DNA from: an uncultured Pseudohongiella sp.
GTDB lineage: Bacteria > Pseudomonadota > Gammaproteobacteria > Pseudomonadales > Pseudohongiellaceae
Direction: 5' to 3'
Assembly: GCA_964352295.1 (NCBI GenBank)
Contig: CAYGRR010000004.1
Coordinates: 17 to 64,016 of the forward strand
DNA: 64,000 nt
In this document: in pieces, positions 10,074-18,127 of the stretch
Position numbering within the stretch: the first letter of the stretch is position 1
Layout: every line of letters begins with the position of its first letter
Notes under the pieces: model-generated
What the model was told of the DNA's origin: nothing
The model's database searches: none
Seen by the model: only the letters and a program-made list of their open reading frames with translations
Made by a program: the position numbers and the translations under genes

Positions 10074-10861
10074 TTACTATTCTCCGCTCGTCCCATGTTG
10101 TGCTTACCTACTCGATACCAATAGGAATAGGCCTTCCTAAAACCTAGCTTGCTATAGAGACTCAGCGCCGCCTCGTTTGACTCCTCGACCTGCAGATAAG
10201 CAAATCTGGCGCCCTGAAATATGCCCCACTCAAGAAGCTCGATCAGCAGCTCAGATGCATAGCCGTTGTTTCTACGCCCAACAGCCGTTGCGATCCCAAA
10301 TATACCCATTGCCTGATTCTCATACACCGCCATGCCGCTGGCGGAGGGGGTTTCACCGATCACCTGCCTGAGCAGAAATAGATGGGCTAGCTTGCTCTTC
10401 TCCAACAAAACTTTGTGCACAGCCAGTTTTTCGACAGGCCTATCGGTTAGGGCGTACCAAGCCTGCAGCCATTTCTCTACGTCCACCGTCTGAATAGCGA
10501 GACTGTTAGCAACTGATGTCCGAGTCGTCAGGGTGCCGAGATCGAGCAGCATAGAGAGCGTTGGCGCCTGCTTCTCATAGCCTCTGTTATCGAGAGCGTT
10601 ATCAACACCGCTTACCGCTTCGCAGCAGCCTCCTTCCGGCAGCACTATCCTTACAATAGGCGCGACCGCCCTCTCGGCAAAGAACGCCTCCGTTGCACCG
10701 ACTATGCTCTCGATTGCAAATTCTGCAGCAGGAAAAAGATTCAATGAATTAGCGCGTCGATCGGTGCCACAGGCGTACCTAAGCACACCGAACGGCAACT
10801 CTTGCTCCTCTAGCGCCGGCCAGGCAAACCTAGCGGCTTTCTCTATCTCCATCATATTCAT
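10070..10861 (-). CDS. GNAT family N-acetyltransferase
   Basis: C-terminal acetyl-CoA fold (RRNNGYASELLIELLEWG...SLYSKLGF). Start set to the ATG at 10861 (MNMMEIEK), which has a GAGGAG SD 7 nt upstream. The ORF-track start at 10891 has no SD. Confidence 0.7.
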   Translation of the reverse strand: MNMMEIEKAARFAWPALEEQELPFGVLRYACGTDRRANSLNLFPAAEFAIESIVGATEAFFAERAVAPIVRIVLPEGGCCEAVSGVDNALDNRGYEKQAPTLSMLLDLGTLTTRTSVANSLAIQTVDVEKWLQAWYALTDRPVEKLAVHKVLLEKSKLAHLFLLRQVIGETPSASGMAVYENQAMGIFGIATAVGRRNNGYASELLIELLEWGIFQGARFAYLQVEESNEAALSLYSKLGFRKAYSYWYRVGKHNMGRAENSK

Positions 10862-10905
10862 TGCATCTCTCCTCAAGCTGCGCTGCGGCATCTCGAAATC
10901 ACGGC

Positions 10906-10940
10906 AAAAAAAAACCCCTAAGGCCGAAGGCGCTTAGGGG
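10906..10940 (-). terminator. Strong rho-independent terminator / possible attenuator
   Basis: Minus strand reads CCCCUAAG-C-GCC-UUCG-GC-CUUAGGGG followed by nine U. It lies 227 nt after the preceding stop and 45 nt before the GNAT start. Confidence 0.8.
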
Positions 10941-11117
10941 TTTCGATATTCTTATCTACTACTTAGACAAAACCACAGCTCTCCGGCAAGGGTGCAATTA
11001 TCGCGCGCGCGGCACGGCGGGCGGCCGCGTCGATAGCCGTTGCTGCCCGAAGTGATACTGCTTGCTGTAGGTCTAATCTAGTCATTGTCTAAATCTGTGC
11101 ATTTACCAATGTAAAGA
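10906..11117 (-). ncRNA. Candidate ~210-nt leader (riboswitch/attenuator) or independent sRNA
   Basis: Bounded by a near-consensus sigma70 promoter and the strong terminator. GC-rich structured core (contains GCGGCCGC). No SD-preceded ORF inside. RNA class not recognised. Confidence 0.35.
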
Positions 11118-11123
11118 GGGCGC

Positions 11124-11152
11124 ACTGTATTTGATTGATTGTAGGCTGTCAA
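11124..11152 (-). promoter_or_regulatory. Sigma70-type promoter
   Basis: Minus strand has TTGACA (11152..11147), a 17-nt spacer, then TACAGT (11129..11124). Confidence 0.5.
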
Positions 11153-11167
11153 TAGGGAACAGTCGGT

Positions 11168-11401
11168 TTACACATCGCCGCTATCGTCGGTGCTTGCGCG
11201 GGCATCCTCGTCGTCGTCTGAATTTCTTCGCTCCCTAAACTCTTCGAATTCGTTCATGTTGAAGTCGAAATAGGGATTCTCAAACTCGAACGTCCTTGCT
11301 TCGCGTCCCGTGACCATCCCCTCCGCCACCAGGACCAACATGTAGACTACCAAGGTCGTCAGCAAGAGTGTGTAGCGATTTCTCAATACCAAGTCTTTCA
11401 T
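11168..11401 (-). CDS. Small single-TM protein with strongly acidic C-terminal tail
   Basis: 77 aa. One hydrophobic helix (YTLLLTTLVVYMLVLVA) followed by a D/E-rich tail. Lies 10 nt downstream of the ABC permease. Confidence 0.5.
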   Translation of the reverse strand: MKDLVLRNRYTLLLTTLVVYMLVLVAEGMVTGREARTFEFENPYFDFNMNEFEEFRERRNSDDDEDARASTDDSGDV

Positions 11402-11411
11402 AGCCTACCCC

Positions 11412-12266
11412 TTAGTCTGTGAATCGACGCATGAATACCGCGCCGGTTATAAGAATCGAACCAACTACTAATCCGAAGAGCGTGTCGTAGTTGAACACCC
11501 TTTCGAACACGCTCTGAAACTCGAATATCAGATACTGATTGGGATCCGATGTTCTCGAAGCAATCCAGTTCGCGAGGAACTGCGTACCGAAGACGAAATC
11601 CTCCAGGAAACCTACCAGGATAAAGACACCACCCGCCCAAAGCAGCGGAGTCTTCTTCGCGAACGCGGAGAACAGCAAAATCCACCCTATAGACGGCAAC
11701 AGCCACAGCGAGGCCACGAAGGCGGAGATATAAATTAGCAGAAGGCTCGCTATAGCCGCCAGGAACATCCAGCCTATGCCCACAAGATCCACGTCGTTAC
11801 TTATTCCCAGAATCGTTAGCCAGATCATCGCAATGAGATACAGAGCGAATATGATCAGCACATAGAAAACTGGCGCCACTAGAACTATGGTCACAATCTT
11901 TGAGATTACTGTCTTCAAGTTTGAGACTGGCATCGACTGCCAGAATAGGATGCTCATCTCCTTTCGGTCTTGATACAGGGTATTGATCAGATAGATAACG
12001 CTACAGATATAGAGCGTTATGTAGAAAGGGATACCTACCAGCATGAAGAAAGGCGCCATATCAAAGGGCGAAAGGCCATCGAATAGAGCCGACAGATAAC
12101 GCAGACCCTCGGCTAACTGGCTCTGATCTATCTGGGTAGCCACCCACGTTGTCGCAACTAGAATTAACAAGGCGATAACAGCGGGAGCGCCGATGAATAG
12201 ATTCTTGTGCTCAAGCACTTCACGCTTCAAGAGCCCGTAGAACTGAACTACCATGAACTTATCCAT
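11412..12266 (-). CDS. ABC-2 type transporter permease
   Basis: 284-aa polytopic membrane protein. Overlaps the upstream ATPase gene by 8 nt. Confidence 0.7.
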   Translation of the reverse strand: MDKFMVVQFYGLLKREVLEHKNLFIGAPAVIALLILVATTWVATQIDQSQLAEGLRYLSALFDGLSPFDMAPFFMLVGIPFYITLYICSVIYLINTLYQDRKEMSILFWQSMPVSNLKTVISKIVTIVLVAPVFYVLIIFALYLIAMIWLTILGISNDVDLVGIGWMFLAAIASLLLIYISAFVASLWLLPSIGWILLFSAFAKKTPLLWAGGVFILVGFLEDFVFGTQFLANWIASRTSDPNQYLIFEFQSVFERVFNYDTLFGLVVGSILITGAVFMRRFTD

Positions 12267-13119
12267 GTTTTGCTTCCTTCAACTTGGCCACAAACAGATC
12301 CGCAACGCTTGGCGTGTGTAACTCGCCAAGCATTGAGAGTTGCTCCCTTGGCACAGATTCGAAAGTATAAGATTTTTTTCCTAGCAACTCGCGCACATAG
12401 ATTGGTTTTAGTGCATCGGCCTGGGCAAGCTTGTCCGCGCCGACGAGAACCTCTGTAAAGTTGGCCGGCAGATCCGCCATAGATGAATCCAGAACAATCT
12501 TTCCTTTGTTAATGAAGACTAGGTGCGACAGCAGAGCTTCTATCTCTTCGACTTGGTGTGTGCTGATGATGATCGTTCGATTGCCATCATAGAAATCATT
12601 GAGTAGGCGATCGTAGAACTCTTTACGATAGATGATATCTAATCCGAGGGTGGGTTCGTCTAACACCAATAGTTGCACCTCTATCGCCATGACCAGGGCT
12701 AGATGCAACTGTGTCACCATTCCCTTAGAGAGATCTTTAACTCGCTTGCCTTTTGGGATATCGGTAGTGCTTAGAAATTTCTCCGCCTTTTGGCGATCGA
12801 ACTTCGGATGTACCGCCGTTACATAATCTATCACCTCAGACACCTTGAACCATTTGGGCAGAATACCGACGTCGGCAATGAAGCAGACATCTTCCATCAA
12901 TTTATGGCGCGCCCGTCGCGGATCTCGACCCGCAACGTTTAGCTCACCCTCAACATCACACAGGCCGATCAGGGCTTTTAGGGTCGTTGTCTTTCCCGCG
13001 CCATTGGGACCTATCAGCCCACTGATCGCGCCCTTGGGAATATTCAGATCCACCCCATCCAGTGCGACAAAGCTACCGTAGTGCTTTCTCAGCGATTTGG
13101 CTTCGACGATATTAGTCAT
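12259..13119 (-). CDS. ABC transporter ATP-binding protein
   Basis: Walker A GPNGAGKTT, signature LSKGM, Walker B LLVLDEPT. Confidence 0.9.
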   Translation of the reverse strand: MTNIVEAKSLRKHYGSFVALDGVDLNIPKGAISGLIGPNGAGKTTTLKALIGLCDVEGELNVAGRDPRRARHKLMEDVCFIADVGILPKWFKVSEVIDYVTAVHPKFDRQKAEKFLSTTDIPKGKRVKDLSKGMVTQLHLALVMAIEVQLLVLDEPTLGLDIIYRKEFYDRLLNDFYDGNRTIIISTHQVEEIEALLSHLVFINKGKIVLDSSMADLPANFTEVLVGADKLAQADALKPIYVRELLGKKSYTFESVPREQLSMLGELHTPSVADLFVAKLKEAKHG

Positions 13120-13144
13120 GGTCTATCCCCACAATTCTCGATTT

Positions 13145-13522
13145 CTATCGATTCTTCTCGTCGCCAAGGAGTTCATCGATCGCCAAACCCAGTCTCTCGA
13201 TGCGCTCAACAATTTGCGGCCACTCCTGCTCAAGAAACTTTCGCCTCTCTTCGACTGACAATCTCTCTTTCGCTCCTGATAAGACATACATTCCAAGCCC
13301 CCGTTTTTTCTCAACCAGCTCTTCGTCAACTAAAATTTGCATCGCCTTCGACACGGTAATCGGATTTATGCGCTGCTCACTAGAAATCTGTCTTACGGAA
13401 GGCAAGGCGTCGCCCTCTGCGAGCACGCCATCCATAATGAGCTCAACCAACTTATCTCTAAGCTGGATATAGATGGGCTCCTTATTGTTCCAATTGATTT
13501 CCACCGAGCGACTCCGAGTCAT
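13145..13522 (-). CDS. GntR family transcriptional regulator, YtrA subfamily
   Basis: 125 aa with an N-terminal winged helix (PIYIQLRDKL...LPSVRQISSEQRINPITVSKAM) and a short C-terminal domain. First gene of the ABC operon. Confidence 0.85.
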   Translation of the reverse strand: MTRSRSVEINWNNKEPIYIQLRDKLVELIMDGVLAEGDALPSVRQISSEQRINPITVSKAMQILVDEELVEKKRGLGMYVLSGAKERLSVEERRKFLEQEWPQIVERIERLGLAIDELLGDEKNR

Positions 13523-13525
13523 ATA

Positions 13526-13547
13526 GTGTTATACGTAACTATAACAC
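13526..13547. promoter_or_regulatory. Perfect 8-bp inverted repeat, candidate YtrA/GntR operator
   Basis: GTGTTATA-N6-TATAACAC lies 4-25 nt upstream of the regulator ATG. It overlaps TATAGT/TATAAC -10-like hexamers. Confidence 0.5.
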
Positions 13548-13654
13548 CAAATCAGCAATTGGCAAGACACTATTTAGTCCTAGAGAACGGCTAGTGGAAT
13601 GAGGTCTATCTAATTGATATTTATAGAAATAGCAGGAGAACAGAAGCCGAGAGC

Positions 13655-14887
13655 TTAGCTTTGCCTGCGCTCTAGGACAGTAGCGCTATTCAATAGATCC
13701 TGGATTTCCTGATCCGCGAAATCAAATTCGCGCAAGATCTGCTGTGTGTGCTCACCGAATTTAGGCGGCCTGTGTCTCACAGAACCGGGCGTTCGCGAGA
13801 ATTTAATGGGGGTACCAGTCATCTTGTACCAACCATCTTCTATTATCATCTCGCGATGCTTCGTGTGTGCATGATCTACAACTTGTGCGGTATCGTGTAT
13901 CGCACCCGCTGCCAGTCCAGCATTGGCAAGGCGGTCGGCAATCTCGCTGCCGTCTATCTTCATCAGACTAGACTCGATTTCCGCCTTTAGATCATCACGA
14001 TTCTTTACGCGATCGATATTGTTGAGAAATCTTGGATCGGTGATTAACTCCTCCCTACCTAACTCAACACACATTTTTGCGTAGGCACGATTGTTGCCCG
14101 CACCGACGAAAATATCGACAGTTTTGGTGCGAAACGTATCGTAGGGGCTGATATTAGGGTGCGCGTTTCCTGTGGCCACAGGTACTTTCCCTGAATAGAG
14201 ATAATTGGGTATGTGTGGATGCATGAGTGCTACAGCGCAGTCGTAGAGCGTCATATCCAGATACTGTCCGCGCTGCGATATCTCTCTTTCCGCTAACGCC
14301 ATCAGAATTGCGACGGCCGAATAGAGTCCGGTGCCCATATCGACCATGGCCAGGCCTAGCCGAGTTGGGTTACTGCCTGCCTCGCCGTTAACGCTGAACC
14401 ACCCAGCCATTGCCTGAATGATGGCGTCATATCCGGGAAATCCCCCCCAAGGGCCGTCGCTACCGAAGCCACTTACCCTGCAGTGTATGAGCCGGGGAAA
14501 TTTTTCCTTCAAGACCTCATCATAGCCAAGCCCCCAATTTTCCATGGTGCCTGGCTTGTAGTTCTCGATGAGTACGTCCGCTTTCTCCAACAGCCGCAAC
14601 AACACAGCCTGACCAGCTGGCTTGGACAGATCCATCCCCATAGAGCGCTTGTTTCGATTTACGCCGATATAGTAGGCAGAGTCTTCATCATGAAATGGAG
14701 GGCCCCAGTCTCGTGTCTCGTCTCCCCGAGGGGGTTCGATCTTGATAATCTCCGCACCGTGGTCACCTAACATCTGCGTGCAGTAAGGCCCGCCCAAGAC
14801 TCGAGAGAGATCGATGACTAATTTGCCCTTAAGAGCACCCGCATTGGATTGATTGAACACGCTAATTCCCGACTCCGTTAATGCCAT
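13655..14887 (-). CDS. Family III CoA-transferase (CaiB/BaiF)
   Basis: 410 aa. N-terminal LKGKLVIDLSRVLGGPYCTQMLGDHGAEIIKIEPP is typical of the family. Confidence 0.9.
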   Translation of the reverse strand: MALTESGISVFNQSNAGALKGKLVIDLSRVLGGPYCTQMLGDHGAEIIKIEPPRGDETRDWGPPFHDEDSAYYIGVNRNKRSMGMDLSKPAGQAVLLRLLEKADVLIENYKPGTMENWGLGYDEVLKEKFPRLIHCRVSGFGSDGPWGGFPGYDAIIQAMAGWFSVNGEAGSNPTRLGLAMVDMGTGLYSAVAILMALAEREISQRGQYLDMTLYDCAVALMHPHIPNYLYSGKVPVATGNAHPNISPYDTFRTKTVDIFVGAGNNRAYAKMCVELGREELITDPRFLNNIDRVKNRDDLKAEIESSLMKIDGSEIADRLANAGLAAGAIHDTAQVVDHAHTKHREMIIEDGWYKMTGTPIKFSRTPGSVRHRPPKFGEHTQQILREFDFADQEIQDLLNSATVLERRQS

Positions 14888-14966
14888 ACACTAATGGGGC
14901 TTGAGGATACGGCAGCGTTACCTCGGGTTCAAGTATCCTGCCTGCAGAGTTGGTGGGGAATGCGCT

Positions 14967-15881
14967 CTAGAGCGCCGCACTCAATAGCTCCAGGTTAAGG
15001 CCCTCTCGCCTGATCAGAACCTTCAGTTGTTGGAGCGCCTCAATTTGGATCTGCCTGACTCTCTCCCTCGTCAGCCCCACTTCCGCGCCGACATTCTCCA
15101 AGGTATCGGTGTCGAAGCCCCTCAGCCCGAAGCGCCGGCAGATGATCTCCTGCTGCTTCTCGGATAACTGGAGCAGCCAATTCTCGATGTGTGCCTGCCT
15201 CTCGGTGGCCTGTACCTGGTATCGAGGATTCTCCTTCGGGGTGGAACTGAGCAGATCAAGCACCGCAGTCTCCGAGTCGGCCGCGGCTGGCGCGTCGACA
15301 GAACTAAGGCTCTCATTCAGAATCATTAGGCGCTCGATGTCCAGTCGCGATTCGCCAGTTGATTCTGCGATCTCCCGACTGCCCGCCTCCTGCCCTGTTT
15401 CCCTAACGAAGTCTCGCTGCGCCCGCAGGTAGCCATTCAGCTGCTTCACTACATGCACCGGCAGACGAATAGTCCTTGCCTGATTCATAAGCCCGCGCTC
15501 GATGTTCTGCCGAATCCACCACGTGGCATAGGTGGAGAATCGAAAGCCCTTCTCGGGGTCAAACTTCTCTACGGCGTGTATCAGCCCTAAATTGCCTTCT
15601 TCAATGAGATCGAGCAGCGAGAGCCCTCTATTCAGATAGCGGCGCGCGATCTTGACGACCAGACGCAGATTACTTTCAATCATTCGGCGTCTGCTCGCAC
15701 TATCGCCTCGCAGCGCGCGGCGCGCGTAATACACCTCTTCCTCTGCGGACAGCAGCGGCGTGTGCCCTATTTCTTTCAGATAGATACGCGTGACATCGGG
15801 GTTAGCATCATTTGCTTGTGAAGCAGTGCTAGTGGATTGCTGAGGAACGCCTTTGACTAGCGTCGACTTGTCATTATCCAT
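14967..15881 (-). CDS. rpoS: RNA polymerase sigma factor RpoS
   Basis: Near-identical blocks to E. coli RpoS regions 2-4 ([54 protein letters not shown]). Start set to the ATG at 15881 with an AGGAG SD; the ORF-track start is a TTG 90 nt upstream. Confidence 0.9.
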   Translation of the reverse strand: MDNDKSTLVKGVPQQSTSTASQANDANPDVTRIYLKEIGHTPLLSAEEEVYYARRALRGDSASRRRMIESNLRLVVKIARRYLNRGLSLLDLIEEGNLGLIHAVEKFDPEKGFRFSTYATWWIRQNIERGLMNQARTIRLPVHVVKQLNGYLRAQRDFVRETGQEAGSREIAESTGESRLDIERLMILNESLSSVDAPAAADSETAVLDLLSSTPKENPRYQVQATERQAHIENWLLQLSEKQQEIICRRFGLRGFDTDTLENVGAEVGLTRERVRQIQIEALQQLKVLIRREGLNLELLSAAL

Positions 15882-16043
15882 GCAGAGGCTCCTTCTCTGT
15901 TGGCGAATAACCCTACGAACACATCCATTGTGTCGTAATGCCAGCATTGGCAGCCGTATTCCGGTACTCAAGGCCAGACGGGTGGGGAGATTACTTAGTT
16001 AAAGTATAGGGCGCTTTGAAGAAAAGTCGAATCGATAGTGAGA

Positions 16044-16577
16044 CTAATCGAAAATTGCGGGTAAGAAGAACTCGGCTACCATTATAGGCTTGCGGAACAG
16101 ATAGAAAAGGCTCCGCCTCCCCCATGCTCCCTCGGCAATGGGCGTAATATCCATGCCGCTTCTGATCAAATCTGGATGACTAAACAAATACTCACCCAAC
16201 GGTCTCTCATTCAATTCCAGGACCTGTTTAAGCGGGCCGGTTAGACTAAATTCCGGTATTAGCGTATGGGCTAATACCCAGGGAGTATTGTTACCCACGA
16301 GCACCACCTTGCGTGACCAGAATCTGTGCTTCGAAGCTAGAGGCCCAAAACAGGCACGAACCGAGGGATTACTCAGGCTTGACCATTCCTCTGCCGCCAC
16401 CTCGACTCGGAATCTTCCCTCGCTTTTCTCTATCAATAGCTTCGTCAACGAACTCGCATCGAACAGCCATCGACGCCAGACATCGCTGGGACTAGCCGCT
16501 CGTTCGCCCTCTGCATGCCAATCGAGATTCGTATCCGAGATGTCAGGTATAGCAATGTTGGAAAGAGTAAACGGCAA
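16044..16577 (-). CDS. ubiC: Chorismate pyruvate-lyase (UbiC)-like protein
   Basis: WLFDASSLTKLL, WSRKVVL..NTPWVLAHT, PLGEYLF and LFYLFRKPIMVAEFFLP follow the E. coli UbiC pattern. The ORF-track GTG start (16658) lies inside the ompA terminator stem. Start moved to the TTG at 16577, which gives a UbiC-like length of 177 aa. Confidence 0.55.
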   Translation of the reverse strand: MPFTLSNIAIPDISDTNLDWHAEGERAASPSDVWRRWLFDASSLTKLLIEKSEGRFRVEVAAEEWSSLSNPSVRACFGPLASKHRFWSRKVVLVGNNTPWVLAHTLIPEFSLTGPLKQVLELNERPLGEYLFSHPDLIRSGMDITPIAEGAWGRRSLFYLFRKPIMVAEFFLPAIFD

Positions 16578-16626
16578 TAGAGAGCCTACTTTGGATGGCC
16601 AGGGCCTTGAAGAGCCGCGAGTGGAT

Positions 16627-16664
16627 AAAAAAATGCCCCGTGCTGCAGATTGCAGCACGGGGCA
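16627..16664 (-). terminator. Rho-independent terminator of the ompA-like gene
   Basis: Perfect 14-bp stem (TGCCCCGTGCTGCA / TGCAGCACGGGGCA) followed on the minus strand by a U-run, 18 nt after the stop at 16682. Confidence 0.85.
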
Positions 16665-16681
16665 GGTTTTACTGTTAACTA

Positions 16682-17758
16682 CTAGCGCGGTCGGTAGTTT
16701 TGCAGCGTCTTGATAATTACCGTCATCACACGGCGGTTTTGGGCACGGCCCGAGTCAGTGTCGTTGCTTGCAATTGGCTGAGACTCGCCGAAGCCACGTG
16801 AAGTAACGCGGCTCGCCTGCACATTGAAGCGATCTATCATCACCTGGCGCACGGCGGCGGCACGGCGATCGGAAAGACCAAGATTGTATTGCTCGGTGCC
16901 ACGGCTATCTGTATGGCCCTCTAGCTCAACAATGACATCTGGATACTGCGCCATGAAATCAGTCACTTCCTGAATCTCGGAGAAGTATTCCGGCTTAACG
17001 ACCGATTGGTCGAAGTCGAAATTAACTCTCAGCTCAATTCTCGCCACTTCTTCAACTGGAATCGGGCAACCATCCGCATCGACCGCGTAGTTTCTTGGCG
17101 TGTCTGGGCAGTTATCACGACTATCAGGAACGCCGTCACCATCGGCATCGGGTGCTGCTGCTGTCGCTGGTGCAGGCGCAGGCGCGGCAGCGGCTGCAGG
17201 ACGTGCAGCGGCGGTAGGAGTTCGCGCTGGGGCAGCAGCTGGGCGCGATCCGAAACGGTAGATCAATGCGGTATCAACACCTACATCGCCGTCTTCATGG
17301 TCTCGGCCGAGGTATTGAAACGAGCGAACGGCTGTGCGCCAGGTCCACTGATCGGAAATCTTGTAACTCAACCCGCCGCCTATGTCCCACAGCGTGTCAT
17401 TGTCGCCACCCAAGCTAGTATTACCAATACCGCTGAGCACGAACGTATCGAAGGCACCAATGTTTACGCCCAGATCGTAGATGAGGTCGAGTTTGTAGTG
17501 GTCTATATCGATTTCTCGGCCGCCTTTTGGCTTGCTGTCAAGATCGAACGTGCTGAGTTCGAAGCTCAGCCGATCGGTAAAATCGTAGCCGATGCCCAAA
17601 AACCAGTCTGTGTCTTGCGCCAATCCGGTCGTGTCATCGAATTCCATCCATTGCAGCCCCGGCGCTATGTAGAACTGGCCTTCATCAGCTAGCGCAGCGG
17701 TCGAAATCAGCCCCGCTGAAACAAATAAAGCTGCAGATATTTTGGTACATAGGTTCAT
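16682..17758 (-). CDS. OmpA-family outer membrane protein with thrombospondin type 3 repeats
   Basis: Signal peptide MNLCTKISAALFVSAGLISTAALA, N-terminal beta-barrel, Ala/Pro linker, DADGDGVPDSRDNCPDTP repeat, and a C-terminal OmpA domain (GHTDSRG...NRRV). Start moved to 17758. Confidence 0.85.
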   Translation of the reverse strand: MNLCTKISAALFVSAGLISTAALADEGQFYIAPGLQWMEFDDTTGLAQDTDWFLGIGYDFTDRLSFELSTFDLDSKPKGGREIDIDHYKLDLIYDLGVNIGAFDTFVLSGIGNTSLGGDNDTLWDIGGGLSYKISDQWTWRTAVRSFQYLGRDHEDGDVGVDTALIYRFGSRPAAAPARTPTAAARPAAAAAPAPAPATAAAPDADGDGVPDSRDNCPDTPRNYAVDADGCPIPVEEVARIELRVNFDFDQSVVKPEYFSEIQEVTDFMAQYPDVIVELEGHTDSRGTEQYNLGLSDRRAAAVRQVMIDRFNVQASRVTSRGFGESQPIASNDTDSGRAQNRRVMTVIIKTLQNYRPR

Positions 17759-18014
17759 AGTAGTTTCCACATTAATATCACAATGGTTGGTTGAGAATTG
17801 CGAGCGCATTATAGTGATTCTGCACCGCAGATAAAGGGGTATCTTAACATTTCTACCCTTTTTTTCCTGATCTATCTCAAATAGGCCATTTCACCCCAAA
17901 TTCTGTCACTTTCTCGCCCCAGGAGAGCGAAGAAACGCCCAAAGCAGTTGCCTGCGAGGACAGCCGAGGTGATCGGTTCCACCCGCTGCAATGCAGTTAG
18001 CCCTAGCCGCTGCA

Positions 18015-18048
18015 CTGTCATAAACATACAATACGCACAGACTATAAT
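18015..18048 (+). promoter_or_regulatory. Pho-box promoter upstream of phoR
   Basis: CTGTCATAAACATACAAT (18 nt; strong first half-site, weak second), a 10-nt spacer, then TATAAT at 18043..18048. This is the classical PhoB-promoter geometry. Confidence 0.5.
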
Positions 18049-18127
18049 TGCTCGGCACGCATTCCATTTCTTCGCCTCGCCGGCTACTAATTAGGTAAAC
18101 CAAGCATCATGACCCAGGCATCGCACG

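Noticed and set aside
10963-11085. 40-codon ORF (MTRLDLQQAVSLRAATAIDAAARRAARAIIAPLPESCGFV) inside the leader/sRNA candidate, and the 64-aa plus-strand ORF at 10861..11055.
   Set aside because: Neither has an SD. The Ala/Arg richness follows from the GC-rich segment. They are kept only as a low-probability alternative to the RNA interpretation.
11398-11706. 102-aa minus-strand ORF overlapping the ABC-2 permease in another frame.
   Set aside because: The permease frame gives a coherent polytopic membrane protein. The alternative frame is Arg-rich and has no SD.
15882-15971. 30-codon TTG-initiated extension of rpoS.
   Set aside because: The basic, Cys-containing peptide is unlike RpoS N-termini. 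The ATG at 15881 has an AGGAG SD.
17006-17692. 228-aa ORF on the plus strand opposite the ompA-like gene.
   Set aside because: It is antisense to a gene with clear OmpA domains. It is Arg/Cys/Gly-rich and low-complexity, produced by the GC-rich Ala/Pro linker, and has no SD.
17906-18103. 65-aa minus-strand ORF in the ompA-phoR spacer.
   Set aside because: It overlaps the proposed phoR Pho-box promoter, has no SD and shows no recognisable features.
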